58,984 bases of DNA from an uncultured Pseudomonadota bacterium (lineage in GTDB: Bacteria > Pseudomonadota > Gammaproteobacteria > Burkholderiales > Methylophilaceae): assembly GCA_903882525.1 (NCBI GenBank), contig CAIRXI010000182.1, positions 1-58,984 on the forward strand, in the 5' to 3' direction. The notes under the pieces are model-generated. The model had not been told where the DNA came from and did no database searches. It saw nothing but the letters and a program-made list of their open reading frames with translations. Numbering within the stretch: position 1 is the stretch's first letter; each line of letters starts with the position of its first letter. A program made the position numbers and the translations under genes. Shown here piece by piece: positions 18,650 to 28,873 of the stretch.

Positions 18650-20215
18650 TCACTTTCTGATTAAATAATCGAAAGCTGATAGCGCCGATTTAGCACCCTC
18701 ACCCATGGCAATAATGATTTGCTTATAGGGCACAGTAGTCACATCACCTGCCGCAAAAACCCCAGCCAAAGAAGTTTGGCCATGATCATTCACCACGATT
18801 TCACCATACTGACTTAAGTCGATATTGCTAGTTTTTAGCCAGTCCGTATTCGGCAATAAACCAATCTGTACGAACACCCCTTCTAAAGATATCGTATGCA
18901 ATTCGTTGCTAACGAGGTCTTTGTAAATGAGTGCATTTACTTTCTGATCTAGCCCAGTAATTTCTGTGGTCTGCGCATTCACTAATACCGTTACATTCTT
19001 TAGGCTGTGAAGCTTATTAACCAAAATAGCATCTGCGCGCAACTCCGGACCAAACTGCAATAAAGTGACATGATTCACAAAACCTGCCAAGTCGATGGCG
19101 GCTTCCACACCAGAGTTACCACCGCCGATCACGGCAATATCCTTGCCCTTAAATAGAGGGCCATCGCAATGCGGGCAATAAGCGACGCCTTTACCTCGAT
19201 ACTCTTTTTCACCGGGAACGTTCATTTCTTTCCAGCGTGCACCAGTGGCAAGAATCACTGCTTTGCTTTTTAACGTGGCTCCATTTTCTAATGTAATTTC
19301 AATTAAATCATTGGTAGCTGCCGACGCTGGCACTAGGCTTGCCGCACGTTGTAAATGCATCACATCTACCTCGTAAGCTTTAACGTGTTCTTCCAGCGCT
19401 GCCACCAACTTGGGGCCTTCAGTTTCTTTAACCGAAATAAAGTTTTCTATGCCCATAGTATCCATTACTTGGCCTCCAAAGCGGTCAGCAACAACGCCAG
19501 TTCTGATCCCTTTACGCGCTGCGTAAATAGCGGCTGATGCACCCGCTGGTCCACCGCCAACAATCAAAACATCGTAAGGGGCTTTGGCCGCTAGCTTTAC
19601 CGCTTCCCTTGCCACCACGCCAGCATCCAACTTAGGTAGAATCTCATCCACGCCCATACGGCCTGCGCCAAACTCAAGGCCATTCATAAAGATGGTAGGC
19701 ACAGCCATGATTTTGCGAGCATTCACCTCTTCTTGAAATAGTGATCCATCAATCATCGTATGCGTAATATTGGGGTTAATTACTGCCATTAAATTGAGTG
19801 CTTGAACTACCTCTGGGCAGTTGTGGCAGCTCAATGAGATATAGGTTTCAAAATTATATTTACCATCAAGTGCAGCAATTTGTGCAATTTTTTCAGCTTC
19901 CAGCTTCAACGGATGACCTCCAACCTGCAGCAAAGCCAATACTAAAGACGTAAACTCATGGCCCATTGGAATGCCAGCAAAACGAATTTGTGCAACCTGA
20001 CCAACACGACCAACTGTAAATGAAGGTTTTAGCTCTTCATCATCATGGCGCTCAATCAAATTAATCTTGGCAGATATGCTAGTAATCTCACGCAGCAACT
20101 CTAGCATTTCAAGGGATTTATCGCCGTCATTCACCGATGCGACCAATTCAATTGGCTGCACCAACTTTTCTAAGTATGCCGTTAATTGCGATTTAATATT
20201 GCTATCTAATGCCAT
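18650..20215 (-). CDS. ahpF: Alkyl hydroperoxide reductase subunit F
   Basis: [35 protein letters not shown]. Confidence 0.97.
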   Translation of the reverse strand: MALDSNIKSQLTAYLEKLVQPIELVASVNDGDKSLEMLELLREITSISAKINLIERHDDEELKPSFTVGRVGQVAQIRFAGIPMGHEFTSLVLALLQVGGHPLKLEAEKIAQIAALDGKYNFETYISLSCHNCPEVVQALNLMAVINPNITHTMIDGSLFQEEVNARKIMAVPTIFMNGLEFGAGRMGVDEILPKLDAGVVAREAVKLAAKAPYDVLIVGGGPAGASAAIYAARKGIRTGVVADRFGGQVMDTMGIENFISVKETEGPKLVAALEEHVKAYEVDVMHLQRAASLVPASAATNDLIEITLENGATLKSKAVILATGARWKEMNVPGEKEYRGKGVAYCPHCDGPLFKGKDIAVIGGGNSGVEAAIDLAGFVNHVTLLQFGPELRADAILVNKLHSLKNVTVLVNAQTTEITGLDQKVNALIYKDLVSNELHTISLEGVFVQIGLLPNTDWLKTSNIDLSQYGEIVVNDHGQTSLAGVFAAGDVTTVPYKQIIIAMGEGAKSALSAFDYLIRK

Positions 20216-20270
20216 GACTAACCTCTTGTATATTTCATGATTGATCTTGTGGATTTGTTTTACTGCTTAA

Positions 20271-20300
20271 GAAAAACCCCAAGCTTTTGGCTCGGGGTTA
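20271..20300 (-). terminator. Intrinsic terminator/attenuator between ahpC and ahpF
   Basis: Minus strand CCCCGAGC-CAAAA-GCTTGGGG-TTTTT. Confidence 0.75.
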
Positions 20301-20347
20301 ACTTGGTATATTGCGATTGCAACTAAGGATTTTCTAATAAAAAATCT

Positions 20348-20911
20348 TTAGATCTTGCCTACTAAGTCTAATGAAGGCGCTAATGTTTCTGCACCTGGAG
20401 TCCAAGCGGCTGGACATACTTCACCTGGATGTGAAGCTACGTATTGTGCAGCTTGCGCTTTGCGGATTAAATCTTGCGCTGAGCGACCTATACCCAGATC
20501 ATTTACTTCCAAAGCTTTAATAATACCTTCTGGGTTAATCAAAAAAGTACCGCGCAATGCTAAGCCTTCTTCTTCAATCATAACTTCGAAGTTACGTGTA
20601 ATAGCACCTGTTGGGTCGCCAATCATTGGGTATTTAATTTTACCAATAGTCTCTGATGTGTCATGCCACGCTTTGTGAGTAAAGTGCGTATCAGTAGATA
20701 CAGCATAAATTTCTATACCCATCTTTTGGAATTCTGCGTAATGATCTGCTAAGTCGCCAAGTTCAGTTGGACATACAAATGTGAAGTCTGCTGGGTAAAA
20801 TACTACGGCTGACCATTTGCCTTTTAGACTAGCCTCAGTCACTTCTACAAATTTTCCGCCATGGTAAGCTTGTGCTTTAAACGGTTTGATTTCGGTATTC
20901 ACTAAAGACAT
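20348..20911 (-). CDS. ahpC: Alkyl hydroperoxide reductase subunit C (peroxiredoxin)
   Basis: [27 protein letters not shown]; 187 aa from ATG20911 with AAGGA RBS. Confidence 0.98.
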   Translation of the reverse strand: MSLVNTEIKPFKAQAYHGGKFVEVTEASLKGKWSAVVFYPADFTFVCPTELGDLADHYAEFQKMGIEIYAVSTDTHFTHKAWHDTSETIGKIKYPMIGDPTGAITRNFEVMIEEEGLALRGTFLINPEGIIKALEVNDLGIGRSAQDLIRKAQAAQYVASHPGEVCPAAWTPGAETLAPSLDLVGKI

Positions 20912-20963
20912 GATGTTTTCCTTTTGGTTGATAAAAGTAGTTTTAATTAAAATTTGAGATTGA

Positions 20964-20992
20964 ATTATAAAGAAGCGCACTAGCTAAATCTA
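20964..20992 (-). promoter_or_regulatory. Sigma70 promoter of ahpCF
   Basis: Minus strand TAGATT-17 nt-TATAAT directly downstream of the OxyR box. Confidence 0.75.
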
Positions 20993-21029
20993 ATACTTGA
21001 TATCAATGGTGGTGATAAATTTAACTTAT
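20993..21029 (-). promoter_or_regulatory. OxyR binding site
   Basis: Minus strand ATAA-N7-TTAT-N7-ATTG-N7-GTAT fits ATAG-N7-CTAT-N7-ATAG-N7-CTAT spacing and abuts the -35. Confidence 0.8.
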
Positions 21030-21068
21030 CAAACATTAATGCGCAACCTAGCGTAGACACCTAGTCAG

Positions 21069-21386
21069 TTAAGCAGCGGTAACGGCGATATCCTGAGTGG
21101 CGCTTGTGCCCCTATTATCTAGCCAAGTCACAGCGACTATATCGCCCACTTTTGCACCTTTAAGACGAAAAGTGAGGTATGGATTTTTGGCAATACCCGT
21201 GCCCCATTGGCCTTCCAATACCGTCTTACCATTAAGCGTAGCGGTTACCAATTGCACAAAATGCGCAGGTATTAATTGTCCAAAATCGTCTTTTTTTCGC
21301 CCTGTTTCCATCGGGTGGCTCATCAGCACTTTGACTTCGACTAAACCACCCTTGAACTGGGCGCGCATTTTCATATTATTACTCAT
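21069..21386 (-). CDS. soxZ: Sulfur carrier complex protein SoxZ
   Basis: VKVLMSHPMETGRKKD..GQLIPAHFV, GIAKNPYL, VTWLDNRG. Confidence 0.9.
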   Translation of the reverse strand: MSNNMKMRAQFKGGLVEVKVLMSHPMETGRKKDDFGQLIPAHFVQLVTATLNGKTVLEGQWGTGIAKNPYLTFRLKGAKVGDIVAVTWLDNRGTSATQDIAVTAA

Positions 21387-21387
21387 G

Positions 21388-21831
21388 TCAGCCACATCCA
21401 TTTTCTAAAACAATCACATTCTTGCTACGAGTAAAAAATTGTGCGCCCGCCTTTACTACCACTTTAATATCTGAAGTTTCGGCCATTTTAATCCGCGTTA
21501 CCAAAGAGGGTTCCGTATCTGTACTAAATACAAAGTGGGCGATTAATGGGGTAGGGTTTTTTTCTACCAAGATATAGATAGCATCGGTATTGGCAAGATT
21601 ACTTTTAATTTCCACCTGCACCACAGCACCATTTTCAGCACGATCTGGTGCAATAATCTGAATATCAGTGCTGATCATTTCATCATGTATTCCCAGTAAT
21701 TGGGTAGCCTCTTTAATCTTAGTTGTATCAAATGCAGGCTTATTCCAAAGCGCAGCTAAGGCATTCAAGGGTTCTAGCAGCAGTGCTGTTGTAGCACCAA
21801 GTATTAATTTTAAAAAGTTTCTACGATGCAT
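21388..21831 (-). CDS. soxY: Sulfur carrier protein SoxY (Tat-exported), variant C-terminus
   Basis: MHRRNFLK twin-arginine signal, APDRAENGAVV, VEKNPTPL, TRIKMAETS; ends VLENGCG. Confidence 0.87.
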   Translation of the reverse strand: MHRRNFLKLILGATTALLLEPLNALAALWNKPAFDTTKIKEATQLLGIHDEMISTDIQIIAPDRAENGAVVQVEIKSNLANTDAIYILVEKNPTPLIAHFVFSTDTEPSLVTRIKMAETSDIKVVVKAGAQFFTRSKNVIVLENGCG

Positions 21832-23269
21832 TTTTAGCCTTTTTGTCATCGCCCAGCATGCGGCGTAACTCTTGTATGCGTGCCTCAACGATTGATTTTT
21901 GATAAAAATCACCATCATTGGCCTTCGTCGCCAACTCCATTTGTTCAATGGCGCGCATAAGATCGTATTTTCTATAATACGCTTCACCTAGTGCTTGATG
22001 GCTTAGCAACACTTTATTTTGCATCGTATACGACCTTGCTAACAAATCGTATAGCTTGGCATCGTCAGGGTACAAACCTAACTTCTCTTTCACCAATGAA
22101 ATTACATTTTCGGGCTGTTTAATCGCTACAAAATGTTCAGCATAGCCATAAATTAAAGCGCGACTATCTGGAAATAACTTAAGTCCTGCAGCATATTCCA
22201 TTGCTGCCAATTGCGGACTATTTTTGGCCACTAGTAGCTGGGCATTTAAATTTACAATCATTGCGTGTGGTGGCGCATTCTTCTTCAACCACAGCACTTG
22301 CTGTTCGGCTTGGAGTAAGGCGTGTTTTCGCAAATAAGCTATCGCCAACCCATAATGCTCAACGGACTCATTGGTATAGACGTGTTCGCGGATGCTTTGT
22401 TCAAACACATCAATTGCACTCTGCACCGAACCATTGCCTGCTTGCAGTTTGGCTCGCACATATTGAAACTCTAGACTATCGGTCACTTGACGATATGGCA
22501 TTTGCTCGACGCGATTTGTCACATCTGCAATCCGTTCACTGGTCAATGGATGGGTGCGTAAGAAGCTCGGTGCACTACCCTCTGCAAAACGCGTACCACG
22601 TTGCAACGTTGTAAAGAAAGCGGGCATACCTCGTACATCAAAACCCCCACTATCCAGTATCTGTAGCCCTATTCGATCCGCTTCACTCTCATGCTCCCGC
22701 GTGTAATCCAATTGGCTTTGCACCCCTACCGCAGACGCTGTGGTCAACGCGCCACTTGCCAGTTGAGGGTTAGCCCGTGCTACTAGCAGGGCTAAAGTTA
22801 TGCCGGCGATATTTTTAAAGATGTCATACTTCTGCGAAGCTAACATACGCGCTAAATGGTGCTGCGTGACGTGACCTATTTCATGGCCCAATACGCTAGC
22901 TAGTTCAGATTCGCTATTAGCCGCCAATATTAATCCAGTATGGACCCCTATCACTCCACCTGGCATAGCAAAGGCATTAATAGTGTTATCTTGCACCACA
23001 AAAAAAGTAAATTTCTGTTGTTTATTGGGGCTATTGGCCACCAATCTCGTACCCAAAGCTTGTAAGTAATCCGTGACTTCCGGATCTTGAATCACATCAT
23101 CGCTAGTTGCGACTTGGCGCAATATTTGCTCCGCAATTGCTTGCTCCTGCAAAGGGGTCAGCACTGTTTGCGAAACATCTCCTAGCTCAGGCAATTCATT
23201 GCTACGAGCAACGTTTGCGGCTATATTTATAACAAGCAGAATTGCAATTCCGATGATCTTTAATTTCAT
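21821..23269 (-). CDS. bepA: M48 metalloprotease with TPR region (BepA/YfgC-like)
   Basis: Signal peptide, ELPELGD, INAFAMPGG, HEIGH, ESEADRIG, FLRTHPL. Confidence 0.88.
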   Translation of the reverse strand: MKLKIIGIAILLVINIAANVARSNELPELGDVSQTVLTPLQEQAIAEQILRQVATSDDVIQDPEVTDYLQALGTRLVANSPNKQQKFTFFVVQDNTINAFAMPGGVIGVHTGLILAANSESELASVLGHEIGHVTQHHLARMLASQKYDIFKNIAGITLALLVARANPQLASGALTTASAVGVQSQLDYTREHESEADRIGLQILDSGGFDVRGMPAFFTTLQRGTRFAEGSAPSFLRTHPLTSERIADVTNRVEQMPYRQVTDSLEFQYVRAKLQAGNGSVQSAIDVFEQSIREHVYTNESVEHYGLAIAYLRKHALLQAEQQVLWLKKNAPPHAMIVNLNAQLLVAKNSPQLAAMEYAAGLKLFPDSRALIYGYAEHFVAIKQPENVISLVKEKLGLYPDDAKLYDLLARSYTMQNKVLLSHQALGEAYYRKYDLMRAIEQMELATKANDGDFYQKSIVEARIQELRRMLGDDKKAKNAS

Positions 23270-23332
23270 TGTTGCTATCATAATGACTTTAGGCGGTGAA
23301 TTCACGCCCAATTTATAATTTAAGGTAAATTT

Positions 23333-23824
23333 ATGAGTGATACACAGCCACAAAAACTCAGCCATTTTGATCACAGTGGTCAAGCGCATATGGTTGATGT
23401 AGGCACTAAAGCCCACACTAAACGCGTTGCTGTAGCTGGCGGTGTTATCAATATGCTACCAAGTACCTTACAGTTAATTAAAAATGGTGATGCCAAAAAA
23501 GGTGATGTATTAGGTATTGCTCGCATCGCTGCCATCCAAGGTTCCAAACGAACTGCAGATTTAATTCCGCTCTGCCACCCAATTAGTCTAACCAAGGTGT
23601 CTGTGAGTTTTGATATAGATGAAAAAAATAATAGCATTGCTTGCAAGGTTTCCACAGAAACTACCGGCCCCACTGGCGTGGAAATGGAAGCGCTTACAGC
23701 CCTTAGTATAGCCCTACTCACGATTTACGACATGTGCAAAGCCGTAGACCGAGGCATGTGCATAGGTGAAATTAAATTACTGGAGAAAAGTGGCGGTAAG
23801 TCTGGGGATTGGATAGCGCGATAG
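23333..23824 (+). CDS. moaC: Cyclic pyranopterin monophosphate synthase
   Basis: [43 protein letters not shown]. Confidence 0.97.
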   Translation: MSDTQPQKLSHFDHSGQAHMVDVGTKAHTKRVAVAGGVINMLPSTLQLIKNGDAKKGDVLGIARIAAIQGSKRTADLIPLCHPISLTKVSVSFDIDEKNNSIACKVSTETTGPTGVEMEALTALSIALLTIYDMCKAVDRGMCIGEIKLLEKSGGKSGDWIAR

Positions 23825-23888
23825 TGAGTGCTAACTTAAAACTGATGGTAAAAAGATAAAGAACGAGCCACTTCGGAGCTGAAGCGAA

Positions 23889-24971
23889 TTATAGGCAGGC
23901 GTAAGGTTTGGCATCAATCGCAGGCGCTTCACCAAACATCAATGAAGCAAGCAACTGCGCACTAGCAGGTGCCATGGTCAAACCATAGCGGAAATGACCA
24001 GTGTTGAGGAATAGGTTTTCTATGCTTGGGTGCGCGCCGATGGTGGGCAAGTTCTCAGGGGTGCCTGGGCGCAAACCGCTCCAATGCTTGATAATGGGGC
24101 TACTTTTTAGTGCGGGCATAATAGCTTCTGCTTTGGCGCTAATTTCAGCACGGACTTCCGCGGTCACCGCAGTATCAAAACCCACATCTTCCAATGTACT
24201 GCCCGCTAGCAGATAGCCATCGCGCCGTGGAATCATGTAGAAGCCTTCTCTATACACAATTTGCTCTAAATTCTTTTGAGGTTGGTACAGTAGTATCTGT
24301 CCGCGCATGGGCTTGATATTGAGCTTGGCTGAAGTTTCTTTCAGAAGCTCAAAGCTCCAGGCACCAGAAGTTACCACGAACTGATCTGCGCTAAGCTTTT
24401 CACCATCCACAGTTTGCCATTCATTAAGCGTGTCTATTTGCTTAAGTGGCATCAACTCTGTGTGTTCAAGCAGGCTAACATTACTGTTATTTTCTAACCA
24501 GTGTCGCATGGCTTTCATCATATATGGTGGACGCACTTGGCATACACTAGGTAACCACAGCGCGTTTTCACCACTAGGTGACTCAACTCCGAATGCACTA
24601 GCTTTAACGGCCTCCAATGGTACTTGGTGCTTCGCACACCAAGCAACAGCAGCTTCTAGATCAAAATTGGGCAAGAGCAAAAATCCTGACTGCTCAAAAT
24701 TGGCATCGAACCCTGTTTCTAATAGCAGGCGCTGACTTAAATCGCGATAAAAGTTGGCGCCATTAAGGGTAAGCGCATTGACTGGTTCCGAATATAGCCA
24801 AGGTAGTAAAGGAAAAACGATGCCGCCACCCGCCCACGAAGATTCACCGGAAGTTTGACTGGCAATTTGGTTGCGTTCCACAATGCTGACGCGACAGCCA
24901 CGATTAACTAATTCCATAGCAGTCATGCAGCCCACAATCCCACCGCCAACGATGATTACGTGTTTTTTCAT
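23889..24971 (-). CDS. thiO: Glycine oxidase ThiO / DAO-family FAD oxidoreductase
   Basis: GGGIVG, SSWAGGGI, PMRGQ, GSTLE, WSGLRP, NTGHFRYGL. Confidence 0.78.
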   Translation of the reverse strand: MKKHVIIVGGGIVGCMTAMELVNRGCRVSIVERNQIASQTSGESSWAGGGIVFPLLPWLYSEPVNALTLNGANFYRDLSQRLLLETGFDANFEQSGFLLLPNFDLEAAVAWCAKHQVPLEAVKASAFGVESPSGENALWLPSVCQVRPPYMMKAMRHWLENNSNVSLLEHTELMPLKQIDTLNEWQTVDGEKLSADQFVVTSGAWSFELLKETSAKLNIKPMRGQILLYQPQKNLEQIVYREGFYMIPRRDGYLLAGSTLEDVGFDTAVTAEVRAEISAKAEAIMPALKSSPIIKHWSGLRPGTPENLPTIGAHPSIENLFLNTGHFRYGLTMAPASAQLLASLMFGEAPAIDAKPYACL

Positions 24972-24974
24972 CAC

Positions 24975-26960
24975 TTATTTAGTTGCTACGCGCCCAATCA
25001 GCAGGGCGTTTTGCGCGTTAGCTAAGCCAGCAGGTTGGCCTAAAAGAACAATCACATCGCCTTCAGCCAAGTAGCTGGTATCAGTTGGAATCACGCCATT
25101 GCCGTTAGGCCTACGAATAGATTTCACTTCTACTTCGAAATTATGTAAGTTCATCTCTAACAGACTGCGGCCGATGGCATAGCTACCTGCGGAAATGACC
25201 ACCGAGTGCAATCGCACTTGTTTCTTTTCCATATCTTCATCTTCGGCATCAGAAATACCATGAAAATAACCCCTGAATAACTTATAGCGCTCTTCACGGA
25301 ATAAGCGAATTCTTTTCACCACACGATTAAGTGGCACTCCAAGCAACATAAGGGCATGTGACGCCAGCATTAAACTGCCCTCTAAAATTTCTGGCACCAC
25401 TTCGGCTGCACCGGCAGCGCGAAGCGCTTCCATATTCGAGTCATCCACGGTGCGAACAATCACTGGTAACTGCGGGTAGTTTTCTTGCACAATATGCAAA
25501 ATCTTCATTGATGCACGATTATCGGCATAACTGATAATCAAGGCTTTAGCACGAGCACCGCCTGCGGCCTCTAGCACCACCCGACGCGCTGCATCCCCAA
25601 ACATCACATTTTCACCAGCTGCTGCTGCCTCTAGCACCCGTGTTGGGTCAATATCCAACGCAACAAACGGAATGTTCTCTTCTTTTAAAAAGCGGCCTAG
25701 ATACTGCCCACTTCGGCCGTAACCACAAATAATCACATGATTATGTAAGTGCTTACCAACATCATCAATATCTTGTACTACTTGACCGCTATTGCGGCTA
25801 TAGCTTCTGACTAGGCGACGGGCAATGCGACCATTGTATTGGATCAAAAATGGCGCGATTACCATTGAAAGCAAAGAGGCAGCCAATATCAATTGCAATG
25901 CTTGCCCGCTAATAAGTTTTTGCTCTACGCCTAACGCCAGAATCACAAAGCTAAACTCTCCGGCTTGCGCTAAAATCAAACCCGTACGTATCGCCACCCC
26001 AGTTTCATATTTCACCAACCTGACCACTAAAGCCACAATAGTGGCTTTTAACAACATGAAGCCAACTAAGATTAACAATACCAATCCTATGTTGTCGAAA
26101 ATTTGCTTTAGATTAAGCAGCATGCCAACGCTAATAAAAAACAAGCCAAGTAAGATATCGCGGAATGGTGAAATGTCGGACTCCACCTGATAACGATATT
26201 TTGTTTCTGAAATTAACATGCCGGCAATAAATGCCCCCAGCGCGTAAGACAAGCCGGCCAATTTGGTAGCATAGGCCAATAGCAAAGTTACCATTAACAC
26301 GTTCATCACAAACAGCTCTCGCGAACGCTGGCTAGCCACCAAATTAAACCAAGGGTTAATTAACCACTTGCCAATGGTGAATAAAAATAACAGCATGGCA
26401 GCGGCTTTTAGCATAGCTAAGCCCAGCACATCCATTAAATTATTATTGGCCATACCTAAAGCAGGTATTAGCACCAATACTGGAACTACCGCAATATCCT
26501 GAAACAGCAGCACACCGATGCTTAACCGGCCGTGGCGGGAATTAAGATCTACACGTTCAGCTAGTATTTTAGAAACAATCGCCGTTGATGACATGGTCAA
26601 TGCCGATCCAATCACAAATGCTGCCGGCCAATCCAAGCCTGCCAGCTTGGCTAAAGCCATAGACACGGCCATAGAAACGACCACCTGCGCACCACCTAAG
26701 CCCAACACTTTTTTACGCATGGCGTACAGTTGTGGCAAACTAAACTCTAAGCCGATACTAAACATTAAAAATACAATGCCGAATTCGGCAAACTCACGAT
26801 TAGCATCAGTATCTGGCAACAGACCGAAGGTGTAGGGCCCAAGCGCTAAGCCCACCAAAAAGTAAGCCAGCATGGCAGGCAGACGAAATGCACGAAACAT
26901 CGCTACACAAAGTACTGAGCAGACGAGCAGAATCAAAATTAAGGGTAAAGTTTGGAACAT
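24975..26960 (-). CDS. CPA2 monovalent cation:proton antiporter (Kef-type) with TrkA-N and TrkA-C domains
   Basis: FSIGLEF, SSTAIV, LLFQD, QAGEFSF, ICGYGRSG. Confidence 0.93.
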   Translation of the reverse strand: MFQTLPLILILLVCSVLCVAMFRAFRLPAMLAYFLVGLALGPYTFGLLPDTDANREFAEFGIVFLMFSIGLEFSLPQLYAMRKKVLGLGGAQVVVSMAVSMALAKLAGLDWPAAFVIGSALTMSSTAIVSKILAERVDLNSRHGRLSIGVLLFQDIAVVPVLVLIPALGMANNNLMDVLGLAMLKAAAMLLFLFTIGKWLINPWFNLVASQRSRELFVMNVLMVTLLLAYATKLAGLSYALGAFIAGMLISETKYRYQVESDISPFRDILLGLFFISVGMLLNLKQIFDNIGLVLLILVGFMLLKATIVALVVRLVKYETGVAIRTGLILAQAGEFSFVILALGVEQKLISGQALQLILAASLLSMVIAPFLIQYNGRIARRLVRSYSRNSGQVVQDIDDVGKHLHNHVIICGYGRSGQYLGRFLKEENIPFVALDIDPTRVLEAAAAGENVMFGDAARRVVLEAAGGARAKALIISYADNRASMKILHIVQENYPQLPVIVRTVDDSNMEALRAAGAAEVVPEILEGSLMLASHALMLLGVPLNRVVKRIRLFREERYKLFRGYFHGISDAEDEDMEKKQVRLHSVVISAGSYAIGRSLLEMNLHNFEVEVKSIRRPNGNGVIPTDTSYLAEGDVIVLLGQPAGLANAQNALLIGRVATK

Positions 26961-27103
26961 ATTTTTTGCGTCAGGCTATTATTTTTTATTGTGCTCTATT
27001 GTTTCACATCAATAGGCTTATTAAAAAAATATTTTCCTAGCAATTAAAGGTCGCCAATCTTCCGTGAATATAGTTTTGCTGAGTCAGCAAAAAGTTAAGC
27101 GTT

Positions 27104-27120
27104 AGCAAAATCTGTGCCTA
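27104..27120 (-). promoter_or_regulatory. Putative sigma54 (-24/-12) promoter facing the CPA2 gene
   Basis: Minus strand TAGGCACAGATTTTGCT has GG-N10-GC with one mismatch to TGGCAC-N5-TTGCW. Confidence 0.6.
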
Positions 27121-27247
27121 AACGAAGGTAATTTTATGCATTGCATGCAAAATCTGTTAATTAGTCACTGTTTAGGCTTTATAAGTGCAACGTTCCCTTT
27201 TATACTGACTGCAATTCATGGCAAATTTAATAGGCTAATTTAACCCA

Positions 27248-28264
27248 ATGTCATCTCAAGTGAACAATCCTCACCTCGCAGGCACTTTGCAACCCGGGTC
27301 AAATACGACATTGGATTTGGCGCGCGACATTCTTCAGCTAGAAGCCAGAGAAATTGACGCCTTAGCCTTGCGCTTAGATGAGCATTTCACAGCTGCTGTG
27401 AGCCTTATATTAAAATGCCGAGGCCGTGTTGTAGTGAGTGGCATGGGGAAATCCGGTCATATCGGTGGGAAAATAGCCTCAACGCTTGCCAGTACAGGTA
27501 CACCTGCTTTTTTCATGCACCCAGCTGAGGCTAGCCATGGTGACTTGGGCATGATTACCGCAGGTGATATTGTGATTGCGTTGTCTAATTCTGGCGAAAG
27601 CGATGAAATTTTAGCCATCGTGCCTCCGCTTAAACGCTTAGGTGCGAGCATTATTGCAATTACTGGCAATGATAATTCCACCTTAGCCCAAGCCGCCGAC
27701 ATCCATTTAAGTGCGCATGTAAGCAAGGAAGCTTGCCCACTCGGCTTAGCACCCACCTCAAGTACCACTGTGGCATTAGCGCTAGGCGATGCGCTAGCTT
27801 TATGTGTATTAGATCAGAGGGAATTTACCGCTGAAGATTTTGCGCGTTCCCATCCTGGCGGCAGCTTAGGACGGCGCCTTCTGGTGCATGTCAGCGACTT
27901 AATGCGAAGCGGTGATAAAATCCCGAAGGTGTTAGCCGACGCGCCTTTAACGCAAGGTTTGCTAGAAATGTCACGTAAGGGATTGGGCTTAACTGCCATT
28001 GTTGATGCAAACGATATGCCGATAGGCATTTTTACTGATGGCGACTTACGCCGCACTTTTGAAAAAAACGTTAACGTGTCAAATGCTCGCATTGCAGATG
28101 TGATGCATCCCAACCCCTACACCATCAATCAAGAGCAATTAGCCATCGTGGCAGTAGAGATTATGGAACAACGCAAAATTAATGCACTGCTGGTGACTAA
28201 TGATGCCGGCACTTTAGTCGGCGCTTTAAATATGCACGATCTTTTATTAGCCAAGGTGGTGTAA
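27248..28264 (+). CDS. kdsD: Arabinose-5-phosphate isomerase (KpsF/GutQ)
   Basis: GMGKSGHIG, ASTGTP, EASHGDLG, EACPLGLAPTSST, SHPGGSLG, CBS pair. Confidence 0.96.
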   Translation: MSSQVNNPHLAGTLQPGSNTTLDLARDILQLEAREIDALALRLDEHFTAAVSLILKCRGRVVVSGMGKSGHIGGKIASTLASTGTPAFFMHPAEASHGDLGMITAGDIVIALSNSGESDEILAIVPPLKRLGASIIAITGNDNSTLAQAADIHLSAHVSKEACPLGLAPTSSTTVALALGDALALCVLDQREFTAEDFARSHPGGSLGRRLLVHVSDLMRSGDKIPKVLADAPLTQGLLEMSRKGLGLTAIVDANDMPIGIFTDGDLRRTFEKNVNVSNARIADVMHPNPYTINQEQLAIVAVEIMEQRKINALLVTNDAGTLVGALNMHDLLLAKVV

Positions 28265-28270
28265 GACGTA

Positions 28271-28831
28271 ATGACAATTTTGAATCTAGATGCTGCATTG
28301 CTAAAGCGCTTTAAAAACATCAAATTACTGGTACTTGATGTAGATGGGGTGATGACAGATGGTGGCCTTACCATAGGCGATGATGGTCAAGAATATAAAA
28401 CTTTTCATACCCATGACGGCCTTGGTATGAAGTTACTCAAAGCCAGCGGCGTAGATTTAGCCATTATTACTGGGCGCACTTCCAATGTGGTTAAGAAGCG
28501 TGCTGAGAGCACTGGTGTCGGCCATTTTTACCAAGGTGCAGAAGATAAATTAGAGGCCTTTAATGACCTAATCAACACCTGTGGACTAAAGGCAGAGCAA
28601 TGTGCTTTTATGGGTGACGATGTAGTGGATTTGCCACCCATGTTGGCCAGCGGCCTAGCCATTGCCGTGCCGGCCTCGGCAGCATTGGTGCTCAAGCATG
28701 CACATTATGTGACTAAAAAAGCGGGTGGTTTTGGCGCAGTCCGCGAAGTGTGTGAGCTAATCATGCAAGCACAAGGCACTTTTGATGACCAAATGCAGCA
28801 GTTCTTAACCCGAGCTCATATTTCAAATTAA
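28271..28831 (+). CDS. kdsC: KDO 8-phosphate phosphatase
   Basis: LDVDGVMTDG, IITGR, MGDDVVD, GAVREVCE. Confidence 0.95.
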   Translation: MTILNLDAALLKRFKNIKLLVLDVDGVMTDGGLTIGDDGQEYKTFHTHDGLGMKLLKASGVDLAIITGRTSNVVKKRAESTGVGHFYQGAEDKLEAFNDLINTCGLKAEQCAFMGDDVVDLPPMLASGLAIAVPASAALVLKHAHYVTKKAGGFGAVREVCELIMQAQGTFDDQMQQFLTRAHISN

Positions 28832-28873
28832 ATTGACCATGGCTACAGTGATATCTAAACTAAAAGTTGCAGT

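Noticed and set aside
21832-21987. N-terminal extension of soxY given by the ORF track (similarly for purM, ahpC, bepA, lptA, DUF4390, hda, dapF)
   Set aside because: The extensions overlap neighbouring genes or promoters; downstream starts give proper signal peptides or family N-termini.
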